A stretch of 64,000 nucleotides of DNA from the human T2T-CHM13v2.0 reference genome, Homo sapiens (GCA_009914755.4 CP068257.2:40128001-40192000); one strand, 5' to 3'; shown: positions 45,469 to 64,000, counted from the first letter of the stretch. A program made the numbers and translations. Notes: generated from the sequence alone by a model not told the origin.

Positions 45469-45782
45469 TTTTTTTTTTTGTTTTTTTTTTTTTGAGACAG
45501 AGTCTCACTCTGTTGCCCAGGCTGGAGTGCAGTGCTGTGGTGCGATCTTGGCTCATTGCAACCTCCACCCCCTGGATTCAAGCAATTCTCCTGCCTCAGC
45601 CTCCCTGGTAACTGGGATTACAGGCATGTGCCACCACGCCCGGCTAATTGTTTTGTATTTTTAGTACAGACGGTGTTTCACCATGTTGGCCAGGCTGGCC
45701 TCGAACTCCTGACCTCAGGTGATCTGCCCACCTCGGCCTCCCAAAGTGCTGGGATTACAGGCGTGAGCCACTGCACCTGGCC
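45469..45782 (-). mobile_element. Alu SINE (antisense)
   Basis: poly-T, gagacagagtctcactctgttgcccaggctggagtgcag...ggattacaggcgtgagccactgcacctggcc. Confidence 0.92.
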
Positions 45783-46894
45783 AAAATTTTAATTTTTTAA
45801 ATAAAATGTTATCCTTAGACTGCCTTTCCTCCTCTGTTTACTCTTCTTTACACTGTGTGTGTACATGCACTGGTTCACATGTGTGCATGTGTGAGCATGC
45901 ACTGCGCTCATGGGTGTGTGTTGAAGGCCGAAAGAACGAGGGTCGTGACCAGCTCAGCACACCGCTGGAGGCTGTATGAGCAAACAGCAAACTGTTCTCA
46001 TGAATGCAGGTTGTTGGCAAACTGACAAACCGCCACCAGAAGGAACCCTGAGGGCAGTCACGCCCCAGGCGCAGTGTTTCTTGTGATTATCTACAGCCAC
46101 ATCTGAAGCCTGTTGTATAAAGAAAGCAATTATGTGAACCTGTCATAAATCAAGCAGCTGACCAATCGTTACCTTTTGCTCCCTGTTGATTCTGCCTAGT
46201 AAATACGAAGGGCTTTAGAGGCTCAGGGCCCTTGCTCACTAGAAGCAAGGAGCCCCCGACCCCTTCTTTAAAACAGATCTTTTTGTCTTTGTCTTCATTT
46301 CTGCGTTCATCCCCCTTCGTTCAGTCCTGTAGTAACCGTCATAGGTGTGCATGCACAAGTATGTGTGTGTGTGTATGCACATGAGACTGAACCTGAGAAG
46401 CTCCACACTCAGCTACATCAGGGGCAGCCCAAGACCTGCGGAACTTTCCAGCATGACTCACGTCTCCCCGTCCTGCCCCTATCTTCCAGAACACTGCCAG
46501 CCAGATGTATCTTATGTAACGCCATCCCTCATGCAGAGGACCTGCAGGTTCTACACACTGGCATTTGGGGGCCCCTTGGGAAAGTGACCAGTGAGGCTGA
46601 GAGGTCCACAAGCCCTACCCATACCCCAAGAACCTTCAGGCTTGCAGAGATTTGAGGAAACCTCCAGTACAAGAGGTAGGAAACAAACAGAAAAGAAACA
46701 GACAGTTCAGAGATTGGTGGCAGAGGGAGAGCTTCAAATCTTCAGAGAAGATGTGTCACCCATGAAACTAGAACACAGTGAGTAGGGGACAAGGAGGACC
46801 AGATAACCAGAAAGAACGCTTAGAAATTAAAACATGAAGGCCAAGACTAAACATTAAAGAGTCAAGAAGATCGTCCAGAAATTACCACAAAAGG

Positions 46895-47250
<356 letters not shown>

Positions 47251-47460
47251 GAAATTCCCACAGCACTACATCTGCAGTAGGCACTGAAAGCCTCCTGTCC
47301 TGGGAGACTCCCCTCCTGCCTCCTGGACAGTCCCACTCTGCCTTTGTCTCCCTTCTCTCCTCTTAGAATTCCCACTAGCCGGATGCCTCTGCCAACTGAA
47401 GCTACTATGAACATTGTGTGTAAGTCTTTTGTGGATATATGTTTTCATTTATCTTAGGTA

Positions 47461-47495
47461 TTAGGTTGGTGCAAAAGTAATTGCGTTTTTTGCTG
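47461..47495. mobile_element. Fragment of a MADE1 / Hsmar1-derived MITE terminal repeat
   Basis: ttaggttggtgcaaaagtaattgcg matches the MADE1 terminal inverted repeat consensus. Confidence 0.6.
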
Positions 47496-47514
47496 CAAAT
47501 TTCTGAGTTAAGCC

Positions 47515-47600
47515 TACTGAGCCGAGATCGCACCACTGCACTCCAGCCTGGGCAACAGAGCGAGACTCTGCCTCAAAAAAAAAAAAAAAAAAAAAAAAAG
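47515..47600 (+). mobile_element. Alu 3'-terminal fragment with a long poly-A
   Basis: gagccgagatcgcaccactgcactccagcctgggcaacagagcgagactctgcctcaaaaaaaa.... Confidence 0.85.
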
Positions 47601-47739
47601 AAGAAGAAAGCACAGAATTCTCACCCACACTCTCTGCTCCTGCATCCCCGCCAGATCTGTATTGGTGTGGTGCATTCATTACAGCTGATGAACCAAAACG
47701 GATCATTATTATTAACTAATTATTTAAAATTAACATTTA

Positions 47740-48095
<356 letters not shown>

Positions 48096-48243
48096 AAGCA
48101 GCTCAGGTGCTTCTTTGTTTTATCACTCCCAGGAAAGTGAGGCTTTTTAAAAGGTCCTACTCTCAGTGATGTTCCACAAACTTTATCATCAAAGACAGAC
48201 AACACTCAATACACTCTAGAAAATCTCCATGTGCTTAAAGTCA

Positions 48244-48612
<369 letters not shown>

Positions 48613-49398
48613 TCAAGGAGAATATGTCAAATAGTACTTAAAGCTGTTAAGGCTTCCAACCAATTCTTGAAGTCCTTGAAGGTTCGTAGGAAAGTCAAAG
48701 AGGGGAGAAATTGCCTGGAGAAAACGGTTAACGACGCAGGGCTGGATGAGGAGTTAGTCTGTGGATTGAAGAAGTGAAAGGTTATTAGACATAAGGCTAT
48801 CATTACCTCTACTTGATCTTTAGAAGAACAGAACGGGAGGAAATATCCTAAAGAATCCAACACAAGGAAGTTTGTGGACAGGAATGCTGTTGGATGATTG
48901 CATGAAGTTGGGAAATCTCTCCAACTTGTTTCATTAATAAGAAAATAAATCATGTCTGGGGTAGTTTAGCCATGTTCTTGCTCTTGGCTTGAAACAATGG
49001 TTGTCAAGTTGCTGCCGGGGGCTATAAAACTTGATTTGGTCCCGAGTTGAGGAAAAGGACGCTCGGCTCAGCTGTGAGTCACTGGAGCCTGGAGCCACTT
49101 GTCCACCCATCAGAAGTTCTCACAGCAATTTGCACGGAAAACCAAAGCTGAGGTTAAGCCTCGTCGAGTCAGAAGTCTGACTCTGGCTGGTGAATAACCA
49201 GTTAAAATATTTCAGCTTTGACGCCACCTGAAGGCAGGTGTGGGTTGGGGGTGGCTAATTACATCCAGAGTGGGACAAAGTTCCCCGGGCAGCTGTGTTT
49301 GCAGCCGTGACAGCAAACATCGCAAACAGCAGTCAGGAGCCAGGAAAGCGATCGAGCGTTTTGCTGTTACCTTTTAAATTAAAAAAAAAAAAAAAAAT

Positions 49399-49742
<344 letters not shown>

Positions 49743-50062
49743 CTAGTTTTAAAAACAAAAGTCTCTGCACTGTTTGGTGACACATTTGCTTGCTGGTTGT
49801 TTTGGGAATGTTCCACTGAATCTTGGAGGGATGCTCTTCATTAGGGCCCATGCATTTCCGCCTAGTGTGCGCCATCCACGTTCTCATTGTTCTTCTCCTT
49901 AAAAGAATTATTCGGCCTGAGTAAGGGCCTAGCAGCCTCTCACAATTCCCAATTTCTCCCAAAGTACTGACAGTGATCCAAAAACAAAGAAAAGAACCCC
50001 AGTTCCACAAACATCAAATTAAAGATTCATTCAGACAATATTTTGTAATGATATTTTACTGA

Positions 50063-50357
<295 letters not shown>

Positions 50358-51921
50358 AACTAATAGTAATGAATGATTCAGTTTTACTGACAATGAATTC
50401 TTTTTATTGAGAAACCTAAATCATCTAATAATGAGATAACAATTATTTCAGGGGGTGACTGAGCCGATGTTAGTAGAATGACTGAGTATAGCACATCGGG
50501 CTATTCCTCTTATCCTAAATTGATGAGCTGGATATTTGAATAGAATTCTTTTCAATTTTATATTTTTACTGATGCTTTCAAGACCCATATAGTAACTGAA
50601 AATCTAGGAACACATTTTAGCTCTGTTTCTAAAGCTCTGGACACTAAACAAATCAGTGTCCAATCTACCAAGTGGAGAACCACCTGCAGTAAAAAGATCT
50701 TAGCTTGGGAGACTAAGATACGAAGATACTTAGAGCATGTGACATGGGTATTTTTTTCACTGTGGTATTTACTGGGAGTTTCCACTGTTTTTTAATTTTA
50801 TCTATCAAGCCTCTCTAATAGACTGTCCCAAGCTGGGCACCAGAAGGTTATATAGGAATGGTTGGGATGTATGGGGACAGTCCAGGGAATATGATTGTTT
50901 AAAACCAAATAAGGCACAGTAATACACCGCTAGCTTCTATATTTAAATGCCAACATGTACCCAGGGGGCATCAGAATGTACTACAATTTTAGACATGAGA
51001 TTTACATAATGATGTCAAATAAATGCCTTTTTCATTTGCTATTTCCATTATGTAATCATCGAGCATAATAAAGATCACTTGTCATAAAGAACCATTTTCT
51101 ACTGGACAGTTACATTCCATTAATCATTAAGGTAGCATGGAGAATTAAAAGGCTTGAATAATCATGTTTTACCATTTGCTGAAAAGGGACAACAAATATA
51201 ACTTAATGAACAAAGTTGAAGAATTCATTAGTGATCTTATTAATAAGAGTGAATCATTGGAGATGAGGGTTTTCGAGGCTCATGAAGACTTGAAAATTTC
51301 AAGTGATAATTCAAACTGGATAGAACACTTTCAGCTATTGGTTTGAAGCTTCAAAGCTTTGATGGCTAAGGAAGTATGTCTTCCAACAACACCTAGACCC
51401 AGAAAAAACATGGTTAACAGTAAAAGATGTTGGGAGCCTTTTCTCCCCATGGTTCATCCGAACTGGGCAAATTCTTTCTCTTATCTCTCCAAATTATGAT
51501 CTTAATTGTTAAATTTTTCTCTTAGAATACAGCATGAATAATTTGTACAACCCGTACTACACAATACTAGTTACATGGAAAATACAAACCACATTTTAAA
51601 TGATTTAACATTGGTTATAAGGCAGTTCCACAATTATTCCCCAGAAACCTATACACTGATCTTCAATTCTGTAATCTGACTCCTGGGCATTTATTCCAGA
51701 GAAATGAAAACTCATGTACACAAAAATATTCACACAAATATTCATAGCAACTTTGATTCAGAATAGCTGCAAACTGGAAACAACCCAAAATTGTCCTTCA
51801 ATGGGCTACTGCCTAAATAAACCATAGTGTACCCGCATAATGGTCTCAGCAATGAAAAGGAATGAACTGTTGACACACCCAGCAACTTGGGAGCATCTCC
51901 AGGGTGGAGATGCTGAGTGGA

Positions 51922-52321
<400 letters not shown>

Positions 52322-52514
52322 TTATATCAAAGTCAAATCTAACTGTGATCTAGTACAATAGTTTTTCAAACTGTTACCGCTGGGGGAAACCAGACAAAGT
52401 ATAAGAGATCTCTCTGAATGATTTTCGATAACTGTATGTGAATCTACTATCTCAGTAAAAGTTGGTTTTATGTGATCTGCTATCTCAATAAAAGTTTCCA
52501 TTAAAAAATCATGG

Positions 52515-52779
<265 letters not shown>

Positions 52780-52916
52780 GCATGGTTAACATGTAAAGAA
52801 TAATACCTTGATAGACAAATATACCATATTTTTTAAAGTTATAGAATGTATGATTCCATTTTATATAACATTCTTGAAATGACAAAATTATAGAGGTAGA
52901 GAGCAGATGGTGATTG

Positions 52917-53559
<643 letters not shown>

Positions 53560-54148
53560 TCTCGTACATTTTATAGGTCTCTATATTATAAGTCCCATAA
53601 TACATCATCTTTACTTTTGCTTGACTTTTAAATATATTTAACTGATAAGATAATAAAGTATTTGAATCTACCCACATTGTTACCATTTCCATTGTTCTCT
53701 GTGTCCTTGGACAGGTCCAGATTCCCACCTGCCATCACCTTCGCTCTGCGTGGAAGACTTCCTTAAAGAGAACTCGCACTGCAGGCTACTGACACTGAAC
53801 TCCTTCAGCCTTGTGTGTCTGGAAAAGTCTTTAATTGGGGAGCTGATTATAATCCCCAAAAACACAATCCCAAACACCATAACCCCAAACGCTGAAATCC
53901 CAGAAGATCAAACCTGAAAATCACAACCCCAAAAGATCAAAATCCTGAAAATATAATTCTGGAAAAAATAATTTTTAAAAACATTTAAAAGATATTGCAG
54001 TTCAGAAACATATCAAAACAGGACTGCACACTTCATAGACCACTTTATACAACAAAATAGGTGATAATAATAACATATACTTTGCAAGCGTAAACACTCA
54101 GGTAAACTAATGACAGTCGCACAGGTTATGAGCAGATGAACCACATTC

Positions 54149-54457
<309 letters not shown>

Positions 54458-55449
54458 TAAAGAAATAGGTCAAAACGGAAAGGTAGAAACACATGTCACT
54501 ATCGGTAATTGCGCACACCCAGCTTTCTAACTGTGGTCATCTGAAATACCAAACGAACAAAGTGTCTTTCAACAAGATCAATCAAAACCCCCGACGGGTC
54601 ACCACTGCATGTAGTTGCCCAAAGAGCCGAAATCTGGATAAATTTTATCTTTCACAAATGCAAATGTACAAAAAGAACATCTCTTCATTTACTGAGGAAG
54701 TTTCAACATTTTCTGATGTCCAAGGCAGCAGAAGAAACGTCTGTCCCAGCTCTCAGAGATAGACCAACTTGCCTTCTGTATTTGTTCTCTCGGGCACCCC
54801 AGCTGATTGGATGGTGCCTGCCAGCATTGAGGGCAGATCTTGCTCACCTCGTCCACTCAGACTTGCACAATAATTTCCCCAGGAGACTCACAGACACACC
54901 CGAAAGAATACTTTACCAGGTTTCTAGGTATTCTTCAATCCAGGTAAGTTGACATCTGAAATTCAGTCCACATGTGCCAACCCTGGTCAACTTGGCACAC
55001 ATAGGTATCTCATTTGACCATACTTAATTTCCAAATAAAGACAATAAGCTGATAGTTTTACTTAACATGATGCAACTATGCTATGATTGTGATTTTCAGG
55101 ATTTTACCCTTTAGGGATTTTGATCTTCTGAGATTTCAACATTCGGGAATATTGTGTTCAGGGTTGTGTCTTTCAGGATTATTATCTAAACCCCTTTATT
55201 TGGCCTTCTTTTTTGAAAGATATTTTTGCTGGGTATAGAATTTATCCTGACAGTTGCTTTCAATGCTTTCCCTATGTTGCTCCAGTGTCTTCTGGCTTGC
55301 ATCTCCTTGATGTGAATTTGACGTGTCATCATTATCTTTGTTCCTCTGTATGTGATATGTCTTTCCTCTGGATTCTTCCGGGTTTTTGTCCTTATTACTG
55401 GTTTTCAGCAATTTGATTAGTAAATGCCTTAACATAGTTTTCTTCATGA

Positions 55450-55826
<377 letters not shown>

Positions 55827-56906
55827 TTCACTATTTCTTCAGATATTTTTTTCCATCTCTTTCCCTTTTCTTCCAAGGACTCTTCAAAAACTCTAATAAC
55901 ATATATTAGGCTGCTTGAAGTTATCTCAAAGCTCGCTGATGCTCTGTTCATTTTCTCCCTCTTCTTTTTCTGTGCATTTTATTTTGAATAGTTTTTTTTT
56001 TATTGCCCTAGCTTCACTGATCTTTTCTTCTGCAATATCTGACCTGCTGTGAATACTATCCAGTATGTTTGTCATGTCATCACTGAAATTTTCATCTCTG
56101 GAAGTTCAATTCATTTTGTTTTTAAAAAACTACATCTTTCATGCCTTTAACAGGTTTAATTATTTAATTATTCCTCTAGCTTTTAGAACATCTGAAAAAC
56201 AGTCATAATTTCTCTTATCTTTGTCTACCAATTCTGTCATTTCCAAGAAGATTTGATGGGTTAATTTTGCTCCTTATCATGAGTTGTATTTTCCTGATTC
56301 TTTGCATGCGTGGTCATTTTTGATTGGGTGCTGTCCTGATTTTGCATTGCTGGGTGTGAGGTGTTCTTGTATCTCTATAAAATATCCTTGAGCATTGTTC
56401 TGGGATTCAGTGAAGCGTCTTGGAAACACTTTGATCTTTTCCACGTTTTGCTATGAAGCTTTGTTCAGTGGGACCAGAGTAAGGTTTAGGGGTCATTTCT
56501 CCTCATTTTTAGGCAAAATGCTTCTGAGAACTCTGCCCAAATTTCCCTAAATTAGAGAATTTTTTCTCTCTGCATGCTGGGAACAGGTCACTTCCTCACA
56601 TGCGTGCTTGTCCGTACTCAGCTGAGAGTCATGGGGTCCTCTGTTGAGCTCTGGCGCTGTCTCTGCACAGCCCTCTCCTCCCCCATACCCTGCCCTGAGA
56701 ACTCTGGCTACCTTGTCCGTCCTGGACCTTACCTTTGTCTCATCAGTTCAGGGACTGCTGTGCCCTGCCTTGTCTCCCTCTCTGCACTGTGGCCTGGGAA
56801 GTCTCTCCAGTCCATATGCTGGGCAGTCATGGGATTCACCTGGCTTGTTTTTCATCTCTCAGGGACCACTGTCTTCACTCCTGATGGCCATATATTGTGT
56901 CTGGGC

Positions 56907-57205
56907 TTTTTTTTTTTTTTTTTTTGAGACGAGTCTCACTCTGTCACCCAGGCAGGAGCGCAGTGGTGCGATGTCAGCTCACTGCAACCTCTGCCTGCTG
57001 GGTTTAAGCAATTCTCGTGCCTCACCTCCCAAGTAGCTGGGATCACAGACGCCCACCACCACGCCCGGCTAATGTTTGTATTTTCAGTAGAGGCGGTGTT
57101 TCACCATGTTGGCCAGGCTGGTCTCAAACTCCTGACCTCAAGTGATCTGCCCACCTCGACCACTCAAAGTGCTGGGATTACAGGCATGAGCCACCACGCC
57201 CGGCC
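56907..57205 (-). mobile_element. Alu SINE (antisense) with TSD gtgtctgggc (56897-56906 and 57206-57215)
   Basis: poly-T(19), gagacgagtctcactctgtcacccaggcaggagcgcagtgg...gggattacaggcatgagccaccacgcccggcc. The flanks repeat. Confidence 0.92.
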
Positions 57206-57650
57206 GTGTCTGGGCTTTTTAGCTGGTTCAAGCAGAAGAGTTAAGTCTAGTTCCTACCCCATCAGGGTCAGAAGCAGAAATGTTTAGATCAGACAATTGA
57301 ATTGCCTGTGTGAGCCCCTCCATACAGTATGAATGGCAGATGCAAGACCCTGGTGAGGGGTGGTGGCGGGTGAGAAGGAAGACTGGCTGGCAGGAAGCAG
57401 GGCCAGGCCCTACAGACCTGGAGGCTGCAGAAAGGATCTGTGGGTATTCAGAGAGCTCTCAGGATCCAAGGGAGGACGCTGGGCTTGGTGTGTGGGCCAC
57501 ACTGTAGAATGTACACCTTCAAGGGTTACTGAGGTGACGGCACGGAGAATAGACTTCCTGGGACAAGAGTGGAAGCTGACAGGCACTTAGGAGGTGTCAG
57601 CTGGAAACCTGGAGTCGGGGAATAGTGGAGGACATGGTGAAATATGGACA

Positions 57651-57786
57651 TTTTCTTTTTCTTCCTTTAAGAGATGGGGTCTCACTATGTTGTTCAGGCT
57701 GGTCTTGAACATCTGACCTCAAGTGATCCTCCTGCCTTGGCATCCAAAATGTTAGGATTACAGGCATGAGGCACCACACCTGGTCT
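57651..57786 (-). mobile_element. Free Alu monomer (FLAM/FRAM-like), antisense, about 135 bp
   Basis: tttcttcctttaagagatggggtctcactatgttgttcaggctggtcttgaacatctgacctcaagtgatcctcctgccttggcatccaaaatgttaggattacaggcatgaggcaccacacctggtc. Confidence 0.8.
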
Positions 57787-59883
57787 TAAAACCTGGACAT
57801 TTTTGCAAACACTTGGATGTCAAGGTGGGAAGCAGGGCAAGTCCAGGATGAAGCTGGGCTCTGAGCTTGTGTGTTTAGTGATGACAGGGCTGTTGGCTGA
57901 GCATAGGGTCAGTGGGGAAGGGCCAGGTTTGGGGCCGGGCCGGGGAAAGGGCGTGTGAACTCTATGAGCTGGACGTGCTGAGCTTGATGATCCGGTGAGA
58001 CCCGCAGGTAGAGAGGAATTGTACGCTTTAATTCAAGGAAAAAATGGCAAAATACAAAGGACACATAGGACTCTCCTGAGGCCAGCATGCCTCTTCCAGA
58101 CGGTTTTAGATAAGCAGCAAGGGCAGCCTCTGGGTTTCTAGAGGCTGTTTCCTACAACATGGAGGCAGGTGCCTCTCTTTCCTTCATTACCTTGCTGTAA
58201 GATTTTGTGACTAAAACTCAAGAGAGAAGAAAACAGCTAGTGTTCAGGTCAAGCCCCAAATTGTGATGCAAATGTGGTGACGTGAAGGAAGTAATGTATG
58301 CAGTGGTCCATCTCCAAGACAAACTGCCTTGAATTGGCTTAGGTCAGCAAACTACCTAAGAAACAGGATACACTAGACCTCTGCTTGGATCATCAATGCC
58401 TGCTTGTCAGCCTCCCCCTTCCCCCTTTCTCCCCTCCCCCTTCGTTGCCCTCACCCAAACCAAAGAAATTTAGTCTAAGATGAAAGTTTACTAGCCTGCA
58501 AAATAGCTCATTTTATCTATTCGTATCAGCGTGCCCAGCTACTTAGGTCATAAGTCAAATGCTTGAAGAGCCCCTGGGCTGACTAGGATTGCAAAGCATT
58601 GTGGGCTGCAACAAAATGCAGCAGGAAAACCCTAAAAAGACACCTAAGACCCCTGCCCAACAACCAATAGGTGATGTCTGGGAAGGTTGTGAGCCCATAG
58701 TGCTCAGCCTATGAGGAACTCGGGGAGGGACCTGCACACTAGGGGATACATTGTTTGTTGAAACTGCACTGGGTGTGCCTGCCCATCAGACACCCAATCT
58801 TGCAAGACCATCATTAAAAGTCTCACTTCTGCTGTTCTTCGGGTCTCTGAGTCCGTTCTTTGGGTTTGGACGGGTGAGTCTGTTTCTCACAGATGCACCA
58901 GTGTTCAGGAGGAACTGAATGTCTCACTCGGGGAACAGGCTATATTGGCAGGAGTGAAGTCTTGGGTCTGGTCCTCCCTCTACCCAGAGGTGTGCTGAGC
59001 AGTGGTGTGTCTCTAGACAGGTAGGTCCACATTCCAATGAAGGGTGCCTTCCCCATGGTCTCCCTCTTTATAAAACACATAGAAGGCAAGCCTGTCAGTG
59101 GGGAAAGAACGGGCTACTTGGCTCCAAGACAGTCTGGATGTGGCTGCCATGCTTCGAGGACACGGAATGCGAGCTGCCTGCACTTGGGAACCCTGGGCTC
59201 AGGGGAGCCACATTCCCCGGCTAAGGGAGGAGAAGCTCTCAGCTTCACTGGAAGCAAGGCTTGGGTGGAAGGGGAGGCCCCGGCCAGCTTTGTCCGGGCA
59301 ACCCAGCGCCACTTCCAGATGATTCTGATGATTGCACCGCCATACAGGCAAGGTCACTCATCCCTGTCAGGCCAGAACGAGGACCCCTGTGAGAATACAC
59401 TCACACCAGATGTACAACCTGATGGGGAAGAAGCCAATGGCCCGCTCTGTTCCCCTCTCTACGGAGCTTGTGCCTGATGCTTGTGAAAAGGCCGTATTCA
59501 GACTGTGTGCTTGTCAGTTTTCCACCACACTGCATGGCTTTTAGCAGAGCAAATCACTAGGTGGTAATTTGCACCCTGAAAGAAACATGGGGGCGCTGAT
59601 GAATCGAATGTGCATGCTAACATGCTAACAACATCACCACCGTTTCTCCCTGCAGTGTTCTGAAAGGCTGAAAGTCTGCCTTTGTGTGCAATGAGAACCA
59701 CACAGGGCTGGCACACACAAGGACTTGCTCACAGGTGGCCAAAGGTGAAATGAATGAATCCTACTTCCTGGCAGAATTCATTGCTGGCAGATGCTACCTA
59801 AAATACAACAAAAATATCCAAGGCTTGGTTCTCACAGGTTAAATCCTCAGAAGACTGGATATGTAAGGTGTTTCCTAACTTTA

Positions 59884-60225
<342 letters not shown>

Positions 60226-60594
60226 TCAATATTTGATCAAAAGATCAATAAGATAAGGGGTCATTCCAGACCATCTGCCCAAAGAAACTCCTGCTGAAGT
60301 ATTCGCCTCTTTCTAGCTGTCAATCTTTTTGGTGCCTGTTCTCTCTCAATCTAAGCTTTACAAAAAATGCTACATGCACCCTCTTGGTGGCTTTTTTTTT
60401 TTTTTGGCAATCCCTGTGAAAGCTTCTGATACCTCAATATCTCAGGGAACATTTCAAATAATCCAAACATTTTATGAGTTCTGGACCTGAGAGGAATCAA
60501 GATGTGGCTGACGGCAGGAATCGTGAGCGTTCTCAAAGTATATGAACTGCACCACCTTCCCTAACAGGCAGCGGGAGCAGAAGGCCAGCAATTG

Positions 60595-63500
60595 AAAACA
60601 CGGGTCACAGCACCTTTTATTCGTCATCATACAACCTGATGTGACAGGAAATACAGCCAACATCTCCAAACAGTCTTAATGCCTTTCACAATCCAATGGG
60701 AAAGCCCAAGACGCCGCCTCTAGTGGAGAAGCCATGAGCCTTCCGCCTTTGGATGCCACAAATGGGAACGATAGAGGTACAGGAGGTCTGCCTTCCACGC
60801 CGGACCCTCCAGCGCAGTCCCATGCCGGACACAGCGAGGCGGCACTTGGCACAGAACGTTTTCCTGAGAACACGTCACACGCTAGAGCATTCCAGAGGCC
60901 CGAGCCCCTTCTCAACCCACAGACCAGGATTCACGGGGAGCAGCTGTACCTGTGGCCTCCCCGCAAGACTCACACCAGTGGATGGCACTCGAGTCCACAG
61001 CTGCACGGAGCCATGGGTCCAAAACGAATTCTCCACTGAGATGGGTCCACAGAGCCTGGTGGCCACAATGGCTGGATCTAATGTCTTCCTTTATGAATAC
61101 ATCTGTGCACCTGGGATCAGTTAAAAAACGAAATACTTCCTGTCATGATGATCAATATGCAGAACTGCGTATAGGTGAGGACTCTTCTGCCTGGGTGGTA
61201 CATGGTTGTTGTATTTTGCTATCTAGTTTCTTTGATGCAAATTTGTAGCAATTGCTTTAAGACAACCCATTTTGCCTCAGACAGTGACCCTATTAAGACC
61301 ACGTATGTTTACAGAAAACTTGGGAGTTTGATTTTTCTTTAGAGTTCTCACTTATAACAAGAAGTAAGAGGTGTCTGTGTATTGAGATAAACAGTGGTAT
61401 ATACCACACAATCTAAATTAGGTTCTTTAACAACATTTGATGCGGTCTTACTCTAGGCACTAAAACAACTTCTTTAAAAAAATAAAATTGTGATTTCCAA
61501 GGCCTTTATTTTATAGGGAAGAGGAATAAAAGATCAATGCTAGTGGGTGTTTCGTCATGAGCCCAAAGCCCGTTGGGAGTCTCTGCGAGGTCATTTGCCC
61601 TTTAGATTCTGCAAAGGCAAAAAGAAATCGATACTGATTTTTAAAAATATATCTTAGGAGCCCTGGTCTCCTGCTGATTCCATGGATGCCTGGAGCACTT
61701 GTATCTGGAGAATGGAGACAATATCACCCCAAGCCCGAATTCATTTGATGAGACTACTATGTATAAAACAGTTAATTATATACATAAATAACATAAAATA
61801 ATTCTCATAAATTAAAAGTCAAATGATCTCCCACTATTCATTCAACTGAGAGGTGAGAGCTAGGCGCGAGTGATGGTGGGTAAGGTGAGGAGGTGAGCCC
61901 CACAGACCCTCCTGCATGCTGCCTGGGGATGAACTTTCCTTAGTTCATGAAGGCATATATTGCACAAAACAAATTCCAGCCCTGTCCTCAAAAGTCTGCT
62001 GTTTGGAGTGAAGTGCTGAGAAAGTTGCGTTTTGAAAAACACAATCATCCTTTGTTCTGCTGGCAACATCAGGACTGCTCCTGATCAATTACTCAGCCAT
62101 GCCAGTGTTTCCTCAAGATGGACTCCCAGTGAGTGCAGGATCTGGGATAACTGGCAAAGCAGGACACCTTAAGGCAGGTTTGTCCTCTCACTGTGGCCAC
62201 AAACAGAGTACCAGGAAAGTTAAGAGCAAACTTCTCCCCACACCTCTCAGTGTTTCTTGTCGTGGGCAGCAGGAGGGCTGGGTGCCTCCCCCAACCCTGG
62301 CCCCTGCCCCCGAAACTGGTACACAGACGTGACAGCACGTGTCCCCGCACACGCAGACCTGGCTGTTCACCGCACATTCAGTTTTAGGGGCAATTAATGC
62401 TTCTATTAGTGAACTAACCTCTCTGCTTTCATTACCACCTGGCAGGAAATAGCATTTTCTCTGTGTTTCAGAAATACCTACACTTTTCCATTGTAAAGAG
62501 CCAAACTCATTCAATATTTTTATAGAAAACTGGTCATGAAATACACCAACCTTTGGAATTGAAGTTTAAACAGAAGGAAAATATGAATTTTCCCCCGTTT
62601 CTTCCACTCGGGATTCTGGCTGGGCTTCAGCCAGAATGGATACATTTGGATTGCAGAGAATCCTGAGACAACCCGGAGGAGCCCCTGGGGGCAGCAGGGA
62701 GGCTCACTCCTCACACACAGCCGCGCGACCCTCTGCATCTGGGCAGCTGTGAAGGGTGGACAGGGACAGATGGTCCTACAGTGCACATGACTTTATCATG
62801 TTAACATAAAACTAAAACACAATATTGGCCATAACAGTCTTGAACACATAATGTATGTTTGAAATAAAGTTAAAAAAAAAAAAGGAAAAAAACTCTATTG
62901 GAAATCGATTCATGGATATTACTAAGATGCCTTTTGAGCTGGAGTCAGTGACCTCACGTGACCCCTTGCACATGATGACCGTGATGACCTCGAAGGTTGC
63001 AGGATCAGGTGCGGCTCAGCACGCCTCATGGTTTCAGCCCATAGTTGTATAAGAACCGACTCCACTCCTAGTTCAAAGAGAATACACGTTACTTTAACTT
63101 CTATGTGCTCGCTTGCAAAAAAATCCAGAAGTGAGGAGAAAATGTTCCCTGCTGCCTGCTGCCACCTGTGAATACTGTCTGTGTTCTCATAGGAACCGAG
63201 CTCTAAAAGAAAAAAGAAAATGAACCATTTGTGTTCCTAATAACTTATCTCCTGCCTCTTAAAATCCTGCTTCTCTCTCAGCTTCACTTTCCCGAACCCT
63301 GTGTCGGGCGAACACTGGTTCTGTAAGGGGAGGCAGATGCGGCCCCGGCCCAGGACTTACTGCCTTGGTAAGGCATGGTGTGGAGCCCCATCCAGTTTAA
63401 AACTCTGGCCTGCCAGAGGTCCCTTCTAGAGTTAAGCTGACAGACCGTAATGGTTGCTGGCGGGGGATCTGGAGATACTCTGCAAAGCTAAGTCAACCTT

Positions 63501-63606
63501 ACATTGCAATGTATGACTTTTTGTTTGTTTGGTATCCAGCAAACACATCTAAACAAATCCCAAACATCCCTCTGCAGTTCTTGCCCCGAGTCTCCCGGAA
63601 CGCAGC
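60595..63606 (-). other. PRDM15: Inferred long 3'UTR (about 3 kb) of the upstream gene (PRDM15)
   Basis: No long ORF follows the TGA at 63607. The nearest plausibly placed canonical AATAAA on the minus strand is at 60621..60616. Confidence 0.4.
60616..60621 (-). terminator. PRDM15: Candidate poly(A) signal AATAAA for the upstream gene (PRDM15)
   Basis: Plus-strand ttttattcg at 60615-60623 reads AATAAA on the minus strand. Position is consistent with the remembered spacing between the RIPK4 and PRDM15 3' ends. Confidence 0.4.

Positions 63607-64000
<394 letters not shown>

Overview
This 64-kb window is human genomic DNA: it carries primate Alu SINEs, L1 fragments and GT-AG introns, and has no prokaryotic architecture. 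I place it on chr21q22.3. The complete RIPK4 gene (receptor-interacting Ser/Thr kinase 4, ankyrin-repeat kinase) lies on the minus strand. I mapped 8 coding exons by translating and joining them by hand. They sum to 2352 nt, which is 784 codons, and every intron is GT..AG. The 3'UTR runs down to an AATAAA at 1793..1788. The ATG at 29428 sits in a TATA-less CpG-island promoter with GC boxes.

Upstream of RIPK4 there is about 31 kb of repeat-rich intergenic DNA. The last ~400 bp of the window (63607..64000, minus strand) holds the C-terminal coding end of a second minus-strand gene, which I infer to be PRDM15. It ends ...[11 protein letters not shown] and carries a (CAG)5 run, and it has a ~3-kb 3'UTR candidate.

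What stands out is eukaryotic repeat and regulatory architecture, not a novel system. The main items are an orphan CpG-rich block at 40.4-40.95 kb, an LTR-like element with tandem CCAAT modules, a ~240-bp GGAA/GA purine tract, a G-rich 27-28-bp minisatellite wedged between inverted Alus, an 83-bp direct repeat inside the RIPK4 3'UTR, a ~270-bp local duplication flanking a young Alu with an intact TSD, and an Alu-dense block from 43.6 to 60.2 kb. There are no CRISPR arrays, rRNA or tRNA genes. All gene identities rest on my own translation and memory of the proteins; no database search was run.
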